DNA of 64,000 bases, taken from contig NZ_JAQNDL010000003.1 of the NCBI RefSeq assembly GCF_028368995.1, positions 928,001-992,000 on the forward strand, written 5' to 3'. A program made the position numbers and the translations under genes. The DNA comes from Nannocystis bainbridge. Its GTDB lineage: Bacteria > Myxococcota_A > Polyangia > Nannocystales > Nannocystaceae. The notes beneath the pieces are model-generated. The model was not told the DNA's origin. It saw nothing but the letters and a program-made list of their open reading frames with translations, and did no database searches. Shown piece after piece: positions 39,278-50,461 of this stretch; the stretch's first letter is position 1; every line of letters starts with the position of its first letter.

Positions 39278-40774
39278 TCAGCCCGCCGACGCGTCGGCGT
39301 CGTCCGGCGGCTCGAACACCATCGGCGCCTCGTCGCCGTCGATGATGGCCCGCCCGCGGCCGCGGCGCTTGGCGTCGATCAGCGCCGCCTCGGCCTCGGA
39401 GAACAGCACCGACATCTCGTGGTTGTCGCGCGGCCACAACGAGCCGCCGGCGCTGAGCGACACGCCCATCCCCAGGGCCAGCGAGCCGACCCGGCGGGCG
39501 ACCGCCAGCACCTGCTCATGGGTCGTATCGGTCACCAGCACCGCGAACGCGTCGCCGGTGAGGCGAGCGACGATGTCGTGCGAGCGCAGCGTCGAGCGCA
39601 GCAGCACCCCGACCTGCTGCAGCAGCTCGTCGCCGGCCTTGTGCCCGCGGGCCAGGTTGACCCGCTGCAGGTAGTCGACGTCGAACAGCAGCAGCGCGCA
39701 CTGCGAGCCGAGCCGAACCGCCCGCGACTGCTCGTCGGCCATGCGCGTCTCGAACTCGCGACGGTTGAACAGCCCCGTCAGCTCGTCGTGGCGGGCCAGC
39801 GTCTCCACGCTCTCGTGCAGCCGCAGGTTCTCCGAAGCAAGCGCCGCGGTGTCGAGCAGGAAGCCGATGAACTCGCGCGCCTGCGGGTCGATCGGCGCCC
39901 GCCCGTACGGGTCGTCGGCGACCACGATCCCGAGCACCTTGTCGCGCAGGCGGAACGCCGCCACCAGGAATTCGCTCGCCGGCTCGAGGGCCGCCAGCGC
40001 CGGGTTGGTCGACCGCTCGCGCGAGAACAGCAGCGGACCGCTCGCCGCCAATGCTTGCTGGATCTCGTCGCCCGCCGCCGCCGTCACGTCGACCGCGATC
40101 GTGCGCACGAGATTCTCGTAGCGCGGCTCCGTCGTCTCGACCTCGGCGATCCGCTGCTCGAGCCCGAGCTCGCCCGCCGCCCTCGCGCGCGCCGCCTCGG
40201 CCGCGTTGGCCGGCCCGATCGCCGACTCGCCCACCAGCGCTCGCCCGTCCTCGTCGTACACGAACAGCGCCGCCCGGCTGAACCCGAGGGCCAGCCCCGA
40301 GGTCATCCCGATCAGCAGGATCGTGCGCAGCCGGTCGATGCTGCCGGTCTCGAGCATCGCCCGTGTCAGCCGCCGCAGCGCCTCCTGTCGCGGCGACTCG
40401 CGCGCGAAGCGCTCGAGCGCACCCGCTGCCTCGTCGGCGCCGAGCAGGCTCTGCGCGATCCGCCGCGCCAGCGCCGGAATGCCGTCGGCGAGTTCAGCTG
40501 TCCCGAGGACCAGGTCCTTCATGCCATGGATGAACCTGACCTTCGGCTCCGCCGCGCCGATCCGGGCGGCCACGAGCCGCAGCGACGCCCCGCGGTCGGC
40601 GAGCCGCAGCAGCTGCAAGGCCAGCGGCGGCGCGTCCTCGGCCGGGACCTCGACCTCGAGCGCGAGGGGCACGGCCAGCCGATCGAAGAGCGTCCGGAGA
40701 TCGTGCGGCACGTCGACCGCACGCACGGCCGTCGCCAGAGCCTCGGGGATCCCGCTGTACGCTGGGTCGGACAT
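39278..40774 (-). CDS. GAF + degenerate GGDEF domain protein
   Basis: HDELTGLFNRR, LLLFDVD, GHKAGDELL; the A-site reads RLTGDAF. Confidence 0.85.
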   Translation of the reverse strand: MSDPAYSGIPEALATAVRAVDVPHDLRTLFDRLAVPLALEVEVPAEDAPPLALQLLRLADRGASLRLVAARIGAAEPKVRFIHGMKDLVLGTAELADGIPALARRIAQSLLGADEAAGALERFARESPRQEALRRLTRAMLETGSIDRLRTILLIGMTSGLALGFSRAALFVYDEDGRALVGESAIGPANAAEAARARAAGELGLEQRIAEVETTEPRYENLVRTIAVDVTAAAGDEIQQALAASGPLLFSRERSTNPALAALEPASEFLVAAFRLRDKVLGIVVADDPYGRAPIDPQAREFIGFLLDTAALASENLRLHESVETLARHDELTGLFNRREFETRMADEQSRAVRLGSQCALLLFDVDYLQRVNLARGHKAGDELLQQVGVLLRSTLRSHDIVARLTGDAFAVLVTDTTHEQVLAVARRVGSLALGMGVSLSAGGSLWPRDNHEMSVLFSEAEAALIDAKRRGRGRAIIDGDEAPMVFEPPDDADASAG

Positions 40775-40894
40775 TGGCCCCGCGATGCTGGCAAAAGCCC
40801 CGCAGGCCAGCAACGGGCGCAGACGCGCATCTGCGCGCCCAGGCGGTCCGGGCGAGGTGCGGCGCGAATTTGTCCGCCGACCGTCGCGGGCCGA

Positions 40895-42049
40895 TCACCC
40901 CGCGTGGCGTGCGCGCGCGAACGCCCGCAGGGCCTCGGGCGCCGTCCCCGTGACCACCGCCTCCGCCACCAGCTCGCCGATCGCCGGCGCGAACTTGAAA
41001 CCGTGGCCCGAGAACCCGCCCGCGATCCACACCCGCCTGTCCCCGGGGACATGATCGATCACGAAGTCGGTCGACGGCGTGCAGGTGTACAGGCAGACCG
41101 TCGCGTGCACGAACTCGCCCCGCCCCGCCGGCAGGTACGCGGCCAGGAACGCGTCGAGCGGCGCGAGATCGCCGGCATGGATCGCGCGGTCGACCCGCTC
41201 CGGATCGACCCCCGCCTCGGCCGCGCCGACCTCGGCCGGCGGCACGTGACACGCCAGCTTGAACCCCGTCACGCCCTCGTGCCCGTACGGGAACCCGTAC
41301 ACGAAGCCCGCCGGCCCGAACGAGGCCCACACCGGCATCGCCGCCAGCCGCTCCAGCTCCGCCGCGGCCGGCCGCGTCCACGCCAGCACCCGCCGCAGCA
41401 CCTTCAGCTGGCCCGGCATGAACCCCGGCACCAGCCCCGGCAGGTAAGCACCCGCCGTCACCACCACGTGGTCGGCCGGCAGCAGCGTCCCGTCCTCGAG
41501 CAGCACCCGCGGCCGATCGCCGAGCGCGAGCTCGCGGACCCGCACGCCCGTCCGCCAAGCTGTCCCGAGGGACATAGCCTCTCGTTTTAGCGCTTCGAGA
41601 CATGGCCCGACGCGCAGGTACCCGCCCGACGGGGTGAAGCAGGCCGTCCACCCGTCGGGCACCGCGATCGGGAAGCGCTCGCGGGCCGCGGCCGCGTCCA
41701 TCAGCTCGTGCTCGACCGCCGCCGCGCGACAGGCTGCGATCGCATCCTGATAGTCGGGATCGTGCTCGGGCCCGAACTCGACCATCCCGGTGCGCACCAG
41801 CAGCGCCTCGCCGGCCCGCTCGCCGAGCGCCTGCCACAACGCGTCGGCGCGGCGGACCAGCGGCACGTAGCCGGCGCCCTCGTGGTACGACTCGCGGATG
41901 ATCCGCGTGTAGCCCGAGTGGCTGCCGTGCTCGTGCACGTGCGAGAAGCGCTCGAGCACCGTGACCTCGGCCCCGCGGGCGGCCAGCGCCCACGCGGTCG
42001 CCGAGCCCATCGTCCCGCCGCCGACGACGATGACTTTCGGGCCGCGCAT
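40895..42049 (-). CDS. solA: N-methyl-L-tryptophan oxidase / monomeric sarcosine oxidase family
   Basis: GGGTMG, HEHGSHSGYTRIIR, CLYTCTP, GFSGHGFKFAP. Confidence 0.85.
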   Translation of the reverse strand: MRGPKVIVVGGGTMGSATAWALAARGAEVTVLERFSHVHEHGSHSGYTRIIRESYHEGAGYVPLVRRADALWQALGERAGEALLVRTGMVEFGPEHDPDYQDAIAACRAAAVEHELMDAAAARERFPIAVPDGWTACFTPSGGYLRVGPCLEALKREAMSLGTAWRTGVRVRELALGDRPRVLLEDGTLLPADHVVVTAGAYLPGLVPGFMPGQLKVLRRVLAWTRPAAAELERLAAMPVWASFGPAGFVYGFPYGHEGVTGFKLACHVPPAEVGAAEAGVDPERVDRAIHAGDLAPLDAFLAAYLPAGRGEFVHATVCLYTCTPSTDFVIDHVPGDRRVWIAGGFSGHGFKFAPAIGELVAEAVVTGTAPEALRAFARARHAG

Positions 42050-42053
42050 CGCC

Positions 42054-43175
<1,122 letters not shown>

Positions 43176-43187
43176 AGGCCGCGAAAG

Positions 43188-45224
43188 CTACGCCGTGTCG
43201 CGCTCGCCCGGCAACGTCCGCCCGCGTGAGGCCCCGCCCGCGTGCAGGGGCGCCTCGAACCACCGCACCGGCGGCCCGTCCGGATCGCCGGGCAGCGGCA
43301 ACTCGGCCTCTTGCACCTCCACCGTGCTCAGCACCGTCACGTGCGGCGTACCGCGGCCCAGCAGCAGCGCGAACACCGGCCGCGCGCGCGGCGAACAGAC
43401 CACGAGCGGCGGCGGCCCTTCCTCGAGCGCTTCGCCGCCGACAACATCGTTCTGCGCGAGAACCCGTCGGCGCCAGGCCTGGCGCGCGCGGGCGTCGAGC
43501 CCGAGCCGCAGCCCGCGGTCGCCGCTGACCGCCCGTGACAGCAGCGCCGCCTCCGCGTCGGCCACCGGCCGCACCCACGTCACAGCGCCCACGCGGGCGT
43601 GGGCCGCCACCACCTCGCCGACCCACTGCGGCGCCAGCCGTTCGCGCAGCGCTCCGAGCCAGCGGCCCCGCTCGCTCGCCTGCCGCAGCAGCGGCTCGGA
43701 CGCGATCGCCTCGAGCAGCCCCGCGAACGGCGGCAGCGGCACCCGCTCGCGCAGCAGCCCGCGCGTCAGCTCGAGCAGCTCGGCCGGCCCGACCCGCGCC
43801 AGCGCCTCGCGCACCACCGCCGGCTCGCGCCCGCCCTGCTCCTCCAGCGCCCGCGCGATCGTCTCCAGGTCGACCAGCGCCTCCGCCCCCCGCATCACCG
43901 CGCGAAACACCGCCGTCACGATCCTGTCCTGTCGAGCATGCCCTGAAGGACCTGCCCGATCGAGCATGTCCTTTCGACCATCCTCCTCGCGACCTCCGCT
44001 CGACATGTCCTCGAGGACATCCAGCCCGCCGCCCCACTCTCCCTCTCGCCTGTCCCTGAGGACATCCACCTCCGGCGCGCTCAGCACTCGCTCGCCGAGG
44101 CGCACCGCGAAGCTCGGCCCTGCCACCGCCACGATCGGCGGCACCTCGACGCCCAGCGCCCCCGCGCAGCGGCGCCGCAGCTCGGCCAGCGGCCCGCGCA
44201 GCGCCTGGATGTCCTTTTCATCATGTCCCGGGAGACAGACCACGATCTGCCGCCCTGGCGGCCCTCGCCGCTGCCGCGTCCACCACGCCAGCGCCCCCAG
44301 CCCGAAAGCCGTGGTCGAGAACGCCGCCGCCGGCATGCCCGGCGCCAGCGCCAGCCCGGCCAACAGCCCCGCCGGGGCCGCCAACAGCCCCGGAGTCCAC
44401 CACGCCGCCCCGCGGGTCGCCGGCTCCTCGCGGTCGACCCTCGCCACCAGCAGCGCCCCCGCCAGCCCGACCAGCAGCGCCGGCACCTGCGCCAGCAACC
44501 CGTCGCCGATCGCCAGCCGCCCGTACAGCTCGAGCGACGCCGACAGCCCCAGCCCCTCGCGCAGCCCCATCACCACCCCACCGACCACGTTCACGCTCGT
44601 CAGCACCAGCCCGAGGATCGCGTCGCCGCGGATGAACTTGGCCGCCCCGTCCATCGCCCCGTAGAAGTTCGAGCGCTCGCGCAGGCGCGCCCGCAGCCGC
44701 GTCGCCTCCGTCGCCGAGATCGTGCCTGCCCGCAGATCGGCCTCGATCGCCGCCTGGTGCCCCGGCAGCCCGTCGAGCGCGAACCGGGCCGCGACCTCGG
44801 CGATGCGCTCGCCGCCGCGGGCCACCACCACGAACTGCACCACCGTCACGATCGCAAACACCACCGCCCCGACCACCAGGTCGCCCTGGATCACCAGCGT
44901 CGAGAACGCCGCGATCACCTCGCCCGCGTCCGCGTCGCGCAGGATCAGCCGCGTCGTCGTCACGTTGAGCGCCATCCGCGTCAGCGTCATCAGCAGCAGC
45001 AGCCGCGGGAACCCCAGCAGCTCCGCGCTGCGCCGCGCCGTCACGCTGGCCACCAGCGCCGTCACCGAGCCCGCCAGGCTCAGCGTCAGCAGCAGGTCGA
45101 CCAGCCAGCGCGGCAGCGGCAACAGCGCGCAGGTCACCGCCGCCAGCACCCACAGCACCAGCCCGTAGCCCGGCAGGACCGCCCAGATATCCGCTCCGGA
45201 GCCCGCGGCTCGGCCGATGCGCAT
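43188..45224 (-). CDS. FlhA/SctV (FHIPEP family) export-gate-like protein, divergent
   Basis: FPRLLL...RMALNVTTTRLIL, RIAEVAARFALDGLPG, NFYGAMDGAAKFIRGDA, IGDGLLAQVPALL, LLRERVP, VTVLS. Confidence 0.85.
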   Translation of the reverse strand: MRIGRAAGSGADIWAVLPGYGLVLWVLAAVTCALLPLPRWLVDLLLTLSLAGSVTALVASVTARRSAELLGFPRLLLLMTLTRMALNVTTTRLILRDADAGEVIAAFSTLVIQGDLVVGAVVFAIVTVVQFVVVARGGERIAEVAARFALDGLPGHQAAIEADLRAGTISATEATRLRARLRERSNFYGAMDGAAKFIRGDAILGLVLTSVNVVGGVVMGLREGLGLSASLELYGRLAIGDGLLAQVPALLVGLAGALLVARVDREEPATRGAAWWTPGLLAAPAGLLAGLALAPGMPAAAFSTTAFGLGALAWWTRQRRGPPGRQIVVCLPGHDEKDIQALRGPLAELRRRCAGALGVEVPPIVAVAGPSFAVRLGERVLSAPEVDVLRDRREGEWGGGLDVLEDMSSGGREEDGRKDMLDRAGPSGHARQDRIVTAVFRAVMRGAEALVDLETIARALEEQGGREPAVVREALARVGPAELLELTRGLLRERVPLPPFAGLLEAIASEPLLRQASERGRWLGALRERLAPQWVGEVVAAHARVGAVTWVRPVADAEAALLSRAVSGDRGLRLGLDARARQAWRRRVLAQNDVVGGEALEEGPPPLVVCSPRARPVFALLLGRGTPHVTVLSTVEVQEAELPLPGDPDGPPVRWFEAPLHAGGASRGRTLPGERDTA
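43920..44069. repeat. Degenerate 14-bp-period array inside the FlhA-like CDS
   Basis: Centres at 43923, 43937, 43951, 43965, 43979, 43993; then 44004/44018 and 44049/44063. Confidence 0.8.
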
Positions 45225-45398
45225 TGCCGCACAGGCTAGCGAGGCGCGAACGCGCGCCAAGATCCGCAAGTGTTCAGTGCGATTTCGCCCCTCACGCGCC
45301 GCGGATCCGCGCGCTCCGGCGGCGGGGTCCGATCGCGGTCCTGCTCGCGTCGGTCTTGCCCGCGTCGCCCCGTCACGCGAGCGAGGGCTCGGCGAAGA

Positions 45399-46358
45399 TC
45401 ACTCGATCTCGAAGCAGTACAGCCGGAACGCCTCGGTGCAGTGGCGCGGCGCGCAGGCTGTCCACGTCGCGTTGACCGCGTCGAACATCCCGATCAGGCC
45501 CTGCCCCTGGTCCGACTGCCAGCCCCCACACGACACGCCCCCGTCGCCCAGCCCGTCGACCAGCGTCCCCGTCCACACCCCGTCGCTGCTGACCGCGCAC
45601 GGCTCCATCGACGACGGGATCGACTGCCCCTTCTCCGTCACGTTGATCGGGTTCTTCAAGCTCCCCATCGTCAACGCATCTGCGTCGGGCGCCACCGGCA
45701 TCCCGTCGGGCCGCACGTACGGCGTCTTGCCCGCGCCGAGGCGGTCGCTCGCGTTCGCGGCCCCGTCCGACAGCCACGCCACGAACTTGCGCATCTTCAG
45801 CTCTGGCACCGCCCCGGCGCCGCCTGCCAGCTTCGTGCACGTCTCGTCGGCCGCCGTCAGCTTGCCCACTTGCAGGGCCGTGAACACCTCGCTCGTGAGG
45901 AACACGTAGCGCACGACCTTCGGGCCCTGCTCGATCTGGCACAGCGCGTCGCAGCCGTCGCCGCTGATCAGGTTGCCGTCGTCGCACTGCTCGAGCGGCG
46001 CATCGACCATCCCGTCGCCGCACATCGACGGCACCACCGTCGTCACGTCGCTCGTCGTCGCATCGGTGCCCGGCTCCGTCGAAGTCACCGGCTCCGTCGA
46101 AGTCCCCGGCTCCGTCGAAGTCACCGACTCCGTCGTGCTCGTCGTGCTCGTCGTGCTCGTCGTGCTCGTCGTGCTCGTCGTCCCCGTCGTGCCCGTCGTC
46201 CCCGTCGTCGTCGGCGCCGTGCTCGAGCTCGTGCTCTCCGTCGTCGTCGTCGTCTCGCTGCTCGTCGCGCTCCCCGCGACTCCGGCCGGTGAAAAACAAC
46301 CCGAACAGCCCAGCACTGCCACCGCGATCGACGCGCGCCCGAACGACATCGGCCTCAC
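45399..46358 (-). CDS. Thr-rich lipoprotein with myxobacterial Cys-rich repeat and DUF1554/C-type-lectin-like domain
   Basis: Lipobox; CGDG...EQCDDGN..SGDGCDALC; VFLTS, ADETC, AWLSD, VWTGT, RLYCFE. The Thr stalk is encoded by 9-bp tandem repeats near 46130-46200. Confidence 0.82.
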   Translation of the reverse strand: MRPMSFGRASIAVAVLGCSGCFSPAGVAGSATSSETTTTTESTSSSTAPTTTGTTGTTGTTSTTSTTSTTSTTSTTESVTSTEPGTSTEPVTSTEPGTDATTSDVTTVVPSMCGDGMVDAPLEQCDDGNLISGDGCDALCQIEQGPKVVRYVFLTSEVFTALQVGKLTAADETCTKLAGGAGAVPELKMRKFVAWLSDGAANASDRLGAGKTPYVRPDGMPVAPDADALTMGSLKNPINVTEKGQSIPSSMEPCAVSSDGVWTGTLVDGLGDGGVSCGGWQSDQGQGLIGMFDAVNATWTACAPRHCTEAFRLYCFEIE

Positions 46359-46389
46359 TCTACTCGACGCCTCGCGCCGCGCCCACCTG

Positions 46390-47130
46390 TCACGCCGGCG
46401 CCCGCCAGGCCCCGCGCAGCGCCAGCGTCGCTGGCGGCTGGATCGCCTCGTGGTGCAGCTTGCCCATCAGCTGGAACAAGTTGAACACCACCACCGTCGC
46501 CAGCGCGCCCAGCTTGCTCACCGTCCCGAACACCGGCGGCCACAGACACAGCGCCGTGCACCAGCCCGCCACGGCAGGCAGCCCCACCACCAGCGCCGCC
46601 GTCAGCCCCATCAGCTTGCGCCGCCACCGGCGCGGATCGGCGTCGGCGACCAGCATGCCGTCTGGCCCTTGGGACAGCCACACCCGATCGCCGGTCCCGA
46701 TCGACACCTCGACCGCGCGCGTCCACCCGGCCGCGCGGGTCGCTGGCGCGCGTGCGGCCGCGAACGCCTCCGGGCCCGGGCAGGCCGCTGCTGCCCGCTG
46801 GCGCGCTCGCTCGACCCACACCGTCCCGCCGGCCAGCCCGACCTGCTCGCCCTCGATCGCCACCACCCCGCCGAGCACCTCGCCCTCGTACGCGCGGTCG
46901 TGGAACCAGATCGCGGCGTCGCCCTTCGAGCGGCCGACCTGGCGCACCCGGTGGATCGCCACCTGTCCTGCGGGACCTGTCCCTTCGACCACCACGCCGA
47001 CCCGCGCCTGCGCGCCCCAGCGCCCCAGCAGCCGCCGGCACTCGCCCCACCCGGCCGCCGCGATCAGCAGCGTGTTGAGCCAGAAGATCGCCAGCGCCGC
47101 GTACGCCAGCCAGGCCGGGAACCCGCTCAC
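46390..47130 (-). CDS. Hypothetical membrane protein
   Basis: Three hydrophobic segments; overlaps the desaturase stop (GTGA). Confidence 0.65.
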   Translation of the reverse strand: MSGFPAWLAYAALAIFWLNTLLIAAAGWGECRRLLGRWGAQARVGVVVEGTGPAGQVAIHRVRQVGRSKGDAAIWFHDRAYEGEVLGGVVAIEGEQVGLAGGTVWVERARQRAAAACPGPEAFAAARAPATRAAGWTRAVEVSIGTGDRVWLSQGPDGMLVADADPRRWRRKLMGLTAALVVGLPAVAGWCTALCLWPPVFGTVSKLGALATVVVFNLFQLMGKLHHEAIQPPATLALRGAWRAPA

Positions 47131-48134
47131 GCCGCCGCTCCTTCGGGGCCCGACTGCTCGCGGGCCGCCTGCTGCTCCGCCGCCGCGCGCCGCTCTCCGC
47201 GGGCCGCCTGCTCGTCCTCACCGCCGGCGCGCGCGCGCACCGACGGCCGCCGGCGCGGCAGCAAGAACGTGCGCAGCAGGTACAGCACCATGCTCGGCTC
47301 GTCGAGGCGCGGCTCGATGCGCGGCGCCACTTCTCGGCGGTGGGCCTCGGCCAGCTCGGTCCAGTGCAGCCCGGCGCGGTTGTGGTGGATCGTGTGGTAG
47401 CCGTTGTTGCACATGATCCAGTTGAACCACCGGCCGACGAAGTTGCGCGAGTGGTTCCACTCGCTCGACGGGTCGGTCGCGTCGTGCTGGATCAGGTTGA
47501 TGCGGAGGATGCAGCGCGCCCCGTACAGCTGCGGCAGGACGATGAACAGCAGCGCGCCCCAAAAATCGTAGAGCAGCGCTGCCCCGGTCAGCCCGAACGC
47601 CACGATCGTCTCGGTCATGTACTGGCGCACGAAGCCCTGCTGCTTCGTCACCTTGGCCCAGCGCCCGACCCCCGCGAACGTGTTGGGCCCGGCGATGTTG
47701 GGGAAGTGGATCAGGTTGAGCAGGTGCCAGCGGAACGCCACGTGCGACGGGTCGGCCCAGTCGGGCTGGCCGTCGTCGGCGAAGTGGTGGTGCACCAGGT
47801 TGTGCGCCGGCACGTTGGCCGAGGCCGGGTACAGCACGCCGAAGCTCAGCACGCTGCGCCAGACCAGGTTGAGCCGGTGCGAGTGGAAGATCCCGCGGTG
47901 CATGTGATTGTGGATCACGACCGCGTTGAGGAAGCTCAGCAGGCACGCCAGCACGAACGGCAGCGGGTGGCGGCACGCCGGCACGAAGTACATCAGCGCC
48001 AGCAGCCCGAGGTACGCGCCGACGATCCCGACCTGGCGCCACTCCTCTGGCTGGCGCACGAGCCAGGTCTCGCGCTCGCGCTCGCGCTCGTGCGCAGCCG
48101 GCTTCGCACCGGCGAGTTCGCCCTGGGACGCCAT
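47127..48134 (-). CDS. Membrane fatty-acid desaturase family protein
   Basis: His boxes HNHMH, HNLVHH, HTIHH. Start inferred. Confidence 0.88.
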   Translation of the reverse strand: MASQGELAGAKPAAHERERERETWLVRQPEEWRQVGIVGAYLGLLALMYFVPACRHPLPFVLACLLSFLNAVVIHNHMHRGIFHSHRLNLVWRSVLSFGVLYPASANVPAHNLVHHHFADDGQPDWADPSHVAFRWHLLNLIHFPNIAGPNTFAGVGRWAKVTKQQGFVRQYMTETIVAFGLTGAALLYDFWGALLFIVLPQLYGARCILRINLIQHDATDPSSEWNHSRNFVGRWFNWIMCNNGYHTIHHNRAGLHWTELAEAHRREVAPRIEPRLDEPSMVLYLLRTFLLPRRRPSVRARAGGEDEQAARGERRAAAEQQAAREQSGPEGAAA

Positions 48135-48255
48135 CGCCGCGGCACCATACTGCGACGACCGGAAGGCCTCAATCTCCGCGCGCGTGGGGACAATCTCGAC
48201 GCGCCCCTGCGCGCGTGATATCCCTGCCCCGCGCCTGTCGGCGCCCGTCTGCACC

Positions 48256-49101
48256 GTGACCGCCCACACCGGCATCGCCACCAACCTCTCCACGTGGCTC
48301 ACCGCGCAGCCCTCGGTCCAGTACCGCAGGAACCCGTGGTTTTACTTCCTTTACGACGGCGGCTACCTGCTGGCCTTCCTCGCGCTCGACGCCTGGATCC
48401 TCGCCACCGGCCAGGCCCCGCTGGTCCAGTGGCAGTGGTGGTACCTGGGGCTGCTCCCGGGCGTCATCTACTGCCACATCCTGCTCAACGTCTTCATCCA
48501 CAACTGCTGCCACGGCAACTTCCCGCGCCCGATCAACCGCCTGATCGGCGAGGTCGCCGGCGTCCTCGTCATCACCCGCTACGCCTCGTGGGAGATCATC
48601 CACCAGCGGCACCACCGCTTCTCCGACGACCCCGAGCGTGACCCGCACCACGTGATGCCGAGCTTCTGGCGCTTCCTCGCCCGGACGATGCTCGTCAACG
48701 TCGAGAAGCAGCTGCAGAACCAGGCCTACGACCAGTTCGGCGACACCCCCGAGATGCGCCGGCGCGAGCAGCTGCGCAGCGTGCTCAGCTTCTCGGTCAT
48801 GATCCCGCTCAACCTCGCGTTCTGGCTGCTGCTCGGCCCCGAGGCGTTCTTCTTCCTGTGGCTGCCGGCCCAGGCCGTCGGCTGGGTCCACGTCGCCCAC
48901 TTCAACTGGGCCACCCACAACGCCCACTCGCCGACCGGCGACTACAAGCCCGTCAACCTCGACCACGGCCTCTACTGGCTCGGCAACCGCGTCTTGTTCG
49001 GCCTCTACATGCACGCCAACCACCACAAGCGGGCCAACATCTTCAACCCGGCCAAGATGGACGAGGTCATGGCGCGCCGGGCCGCCGCCCGCGCCCAGTA
49101 G
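48256..49101 (+). CDS. Membrane fatty-acid desaturase family protein
   Basis: His boxes HNCCH, HQRHH, HANHH. GTG start inferred. Confidence 0.88.
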   Translation: MTAHTGIATNLSTWLTAQPSVQYRRNPWFYFLYDGGYLLAFLALDAWILATGQAPLVQWQWWYLGLLPGVIYCHILLNVFIHNCCHGNFPRPINRLIGEVAGVLVITRYASWEIIHQRHHRFSDDPERDPHHVMPSFWRFLARTMLVNVEKQLQNQAYDQFGDTPEMRRREQLRSVLSFSVMIPLNLAFWLLLGPEAFFFLWLPAQAVGWVHVAHFNWATHNAHSPTGDYKPVNLDHGLYWLGNRVLFGLYMHANHHKRANIFNPAKMDEVMARRAAARAQ

Positions 49102-49181
49102 CTCGCTGTCCGTTCGGGCATGCTCCTCGGAGCATGCCCGTTCGCGCATGTGCGATCGGACATGCCCGTTCGCACATGTCC
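49102..49181. repeat. 14-bp-period palindromic array, 6 units, between convergent genes
   Basis: Centres at 49105, 49119, 49133, 49147, 49161, 49175. Confidence 0.92.
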
Positions 49182-49182
49182 C

Positions 49183-50235
49183 TCAGGCCACCACCGGCAC
49201 CCCGTGCCCGGCCTCGTCGGTCAGGATCTCGAACGCCGCGCGATCGCTGCTGAGCGCGACCGTCGGCTTGCCCGGCCGCCGCACCTGCAGCTCGCAGCGG
49301 GCGATCTTGCTGTTGAGGCAGGTCTTGACCCCGCCGGGGGGGTTGCCGTACGCGAGCCCGACGAAGGCCGCGCGCGGGGCGGAGATCCGCGCCTCGACCG
49401 CGACCTCGCGGGTCTGCGACGCCAGCGTCCAGGTGAACTCGGACCCACCGAGCGCCACCTCGCCGCGGGCTCGCGCCGCCTGCCACAGCGAGTTGAGCGC
49501 GAACTGCTCGCCCTCGAGCCGCAGCACCAGCAGCGTCATCGGCGGGGTCCACAGCGGCCCGAACTTCAGCCGCGCCGTCGCGCACTCGAGGAAGCTGTCC
49601 GGCGCGCCGTCGAAACCGGCCACCTGGCCCCACGCGTAGCGGTCGGTGTGACGCGCGCCCCAGTTGTGCGACTGACTGCCGGTCCACCCGTCGATCGCGT
49701 GCGCCTCGCCGTCGACCGTGATCGTGCCGGTGAAGGCCGCGTTCGGCGAGCCGACCAGCGACTTGGCCTTGGGGAACCCGCCGGCGTAGAGGTTGGCCGG
49801 CAGCAGCAGCAACGGCGGCTCGGGGCTGGTGTACGCCAGCTCCCAGGCGAACGTATGCGCCGCCCCGACGACCGCGCCCCGCAGGCCGCGATCGTCCAAC
49901 ACGGCCTCGCCGACGCGCACGTCGAGCCGGTCGCGGGCGAACGCGCAGCGCTGCCACGGCACCACCTGCTTGGCCGCGGCGATGCTGCCGCGCTCGCCGT
50001 CGAACCAGATCGACCACAGCTCGCCGACGGCCCGATCCGGCTGTCCTTTGGGACAGAAGATGGTGTAGCGGATCCACCACGCCAGCGGCCGCGTCGGGTG
50101 GTTGGCCCGCTGGAAGTAGCTCTCGTAGTGTCCCGCCGTCGCGGCAGGATCGAAGCGGCAGGCGTTCCAGCGGTCGCGGTCGACGGGCACGCGGCGAGCG
50201 TGCCGCGAGCCCCCACCGCTGTCCACGGCCGCCAT
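49183..50235 (-). CDS. Hypothetical protein, tocopherol-cyclase/AttH-like fold
   Basis: HYESYF, WIRYT, FTGTITVDG, GSQSHNWG...YAWG. Start uncertain. Confidence 0.6.
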   Translation of the reverse strand: MAAVDSGGGSRHARRVPVDRDRWNACRFDPAATAGHYESYFQRANHPTRPLAWWIRYTIFCPKGQPDRAVGELWSIWFDGERGSIAAAKQVVPWQRCAFARDRLDVRVGEAVLDDRGLRGAVVGAAHTFAWELAYTSPEPPLLLLPANLYAGGFPKAKSLVGSPNAAFTGTITVDGEAHAIDGWTGSQSHNWGARHTDRYAWGQVAGFDGAPDSFLECATARLKFGPLWTPPMTLLVLRLEGEQFALNSLWQAARARGEVALGGSEFTWTLASQTREVAVEARISAPRAAFVGLAYGNPPGGVKTCLNSKIARCELQVRRPGKPTVALSSDRAAFEILTDEAGHGVPVVA

Positions 50236-50461
50236 CTCACGATCGGCGAAACCCTCTACGTCACCGCATCGACCGGTGATGTCCCGAAGCACCCGAGTCG
50301 CCACTGCGACGACCGGCGGTGCCCCCGACGCGCGCCCGGGTCGTCGCCCCACCGCCGGGCCGCGCGAAGCAATCGCCTCGCACCGGCGCGCCCTGTCGCG
50401 CAGGGCCGGCGACCGCCGCGTCGCTGGTCAAACGCCGCGAATTTTGGCACTCCTGCGGACC

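Noticed and set aside
43188-45224. Flagellar or T3SS gene cluster
   Set aside because: Only one FHIPEP gene; no other components in the window.
46130-46260. GTCGTGCTC and GTC tandem repeats (also 5340-5500) as independent elements
   Set aside because: They simply encode the Thr/Ser stalks of lipoproteins.
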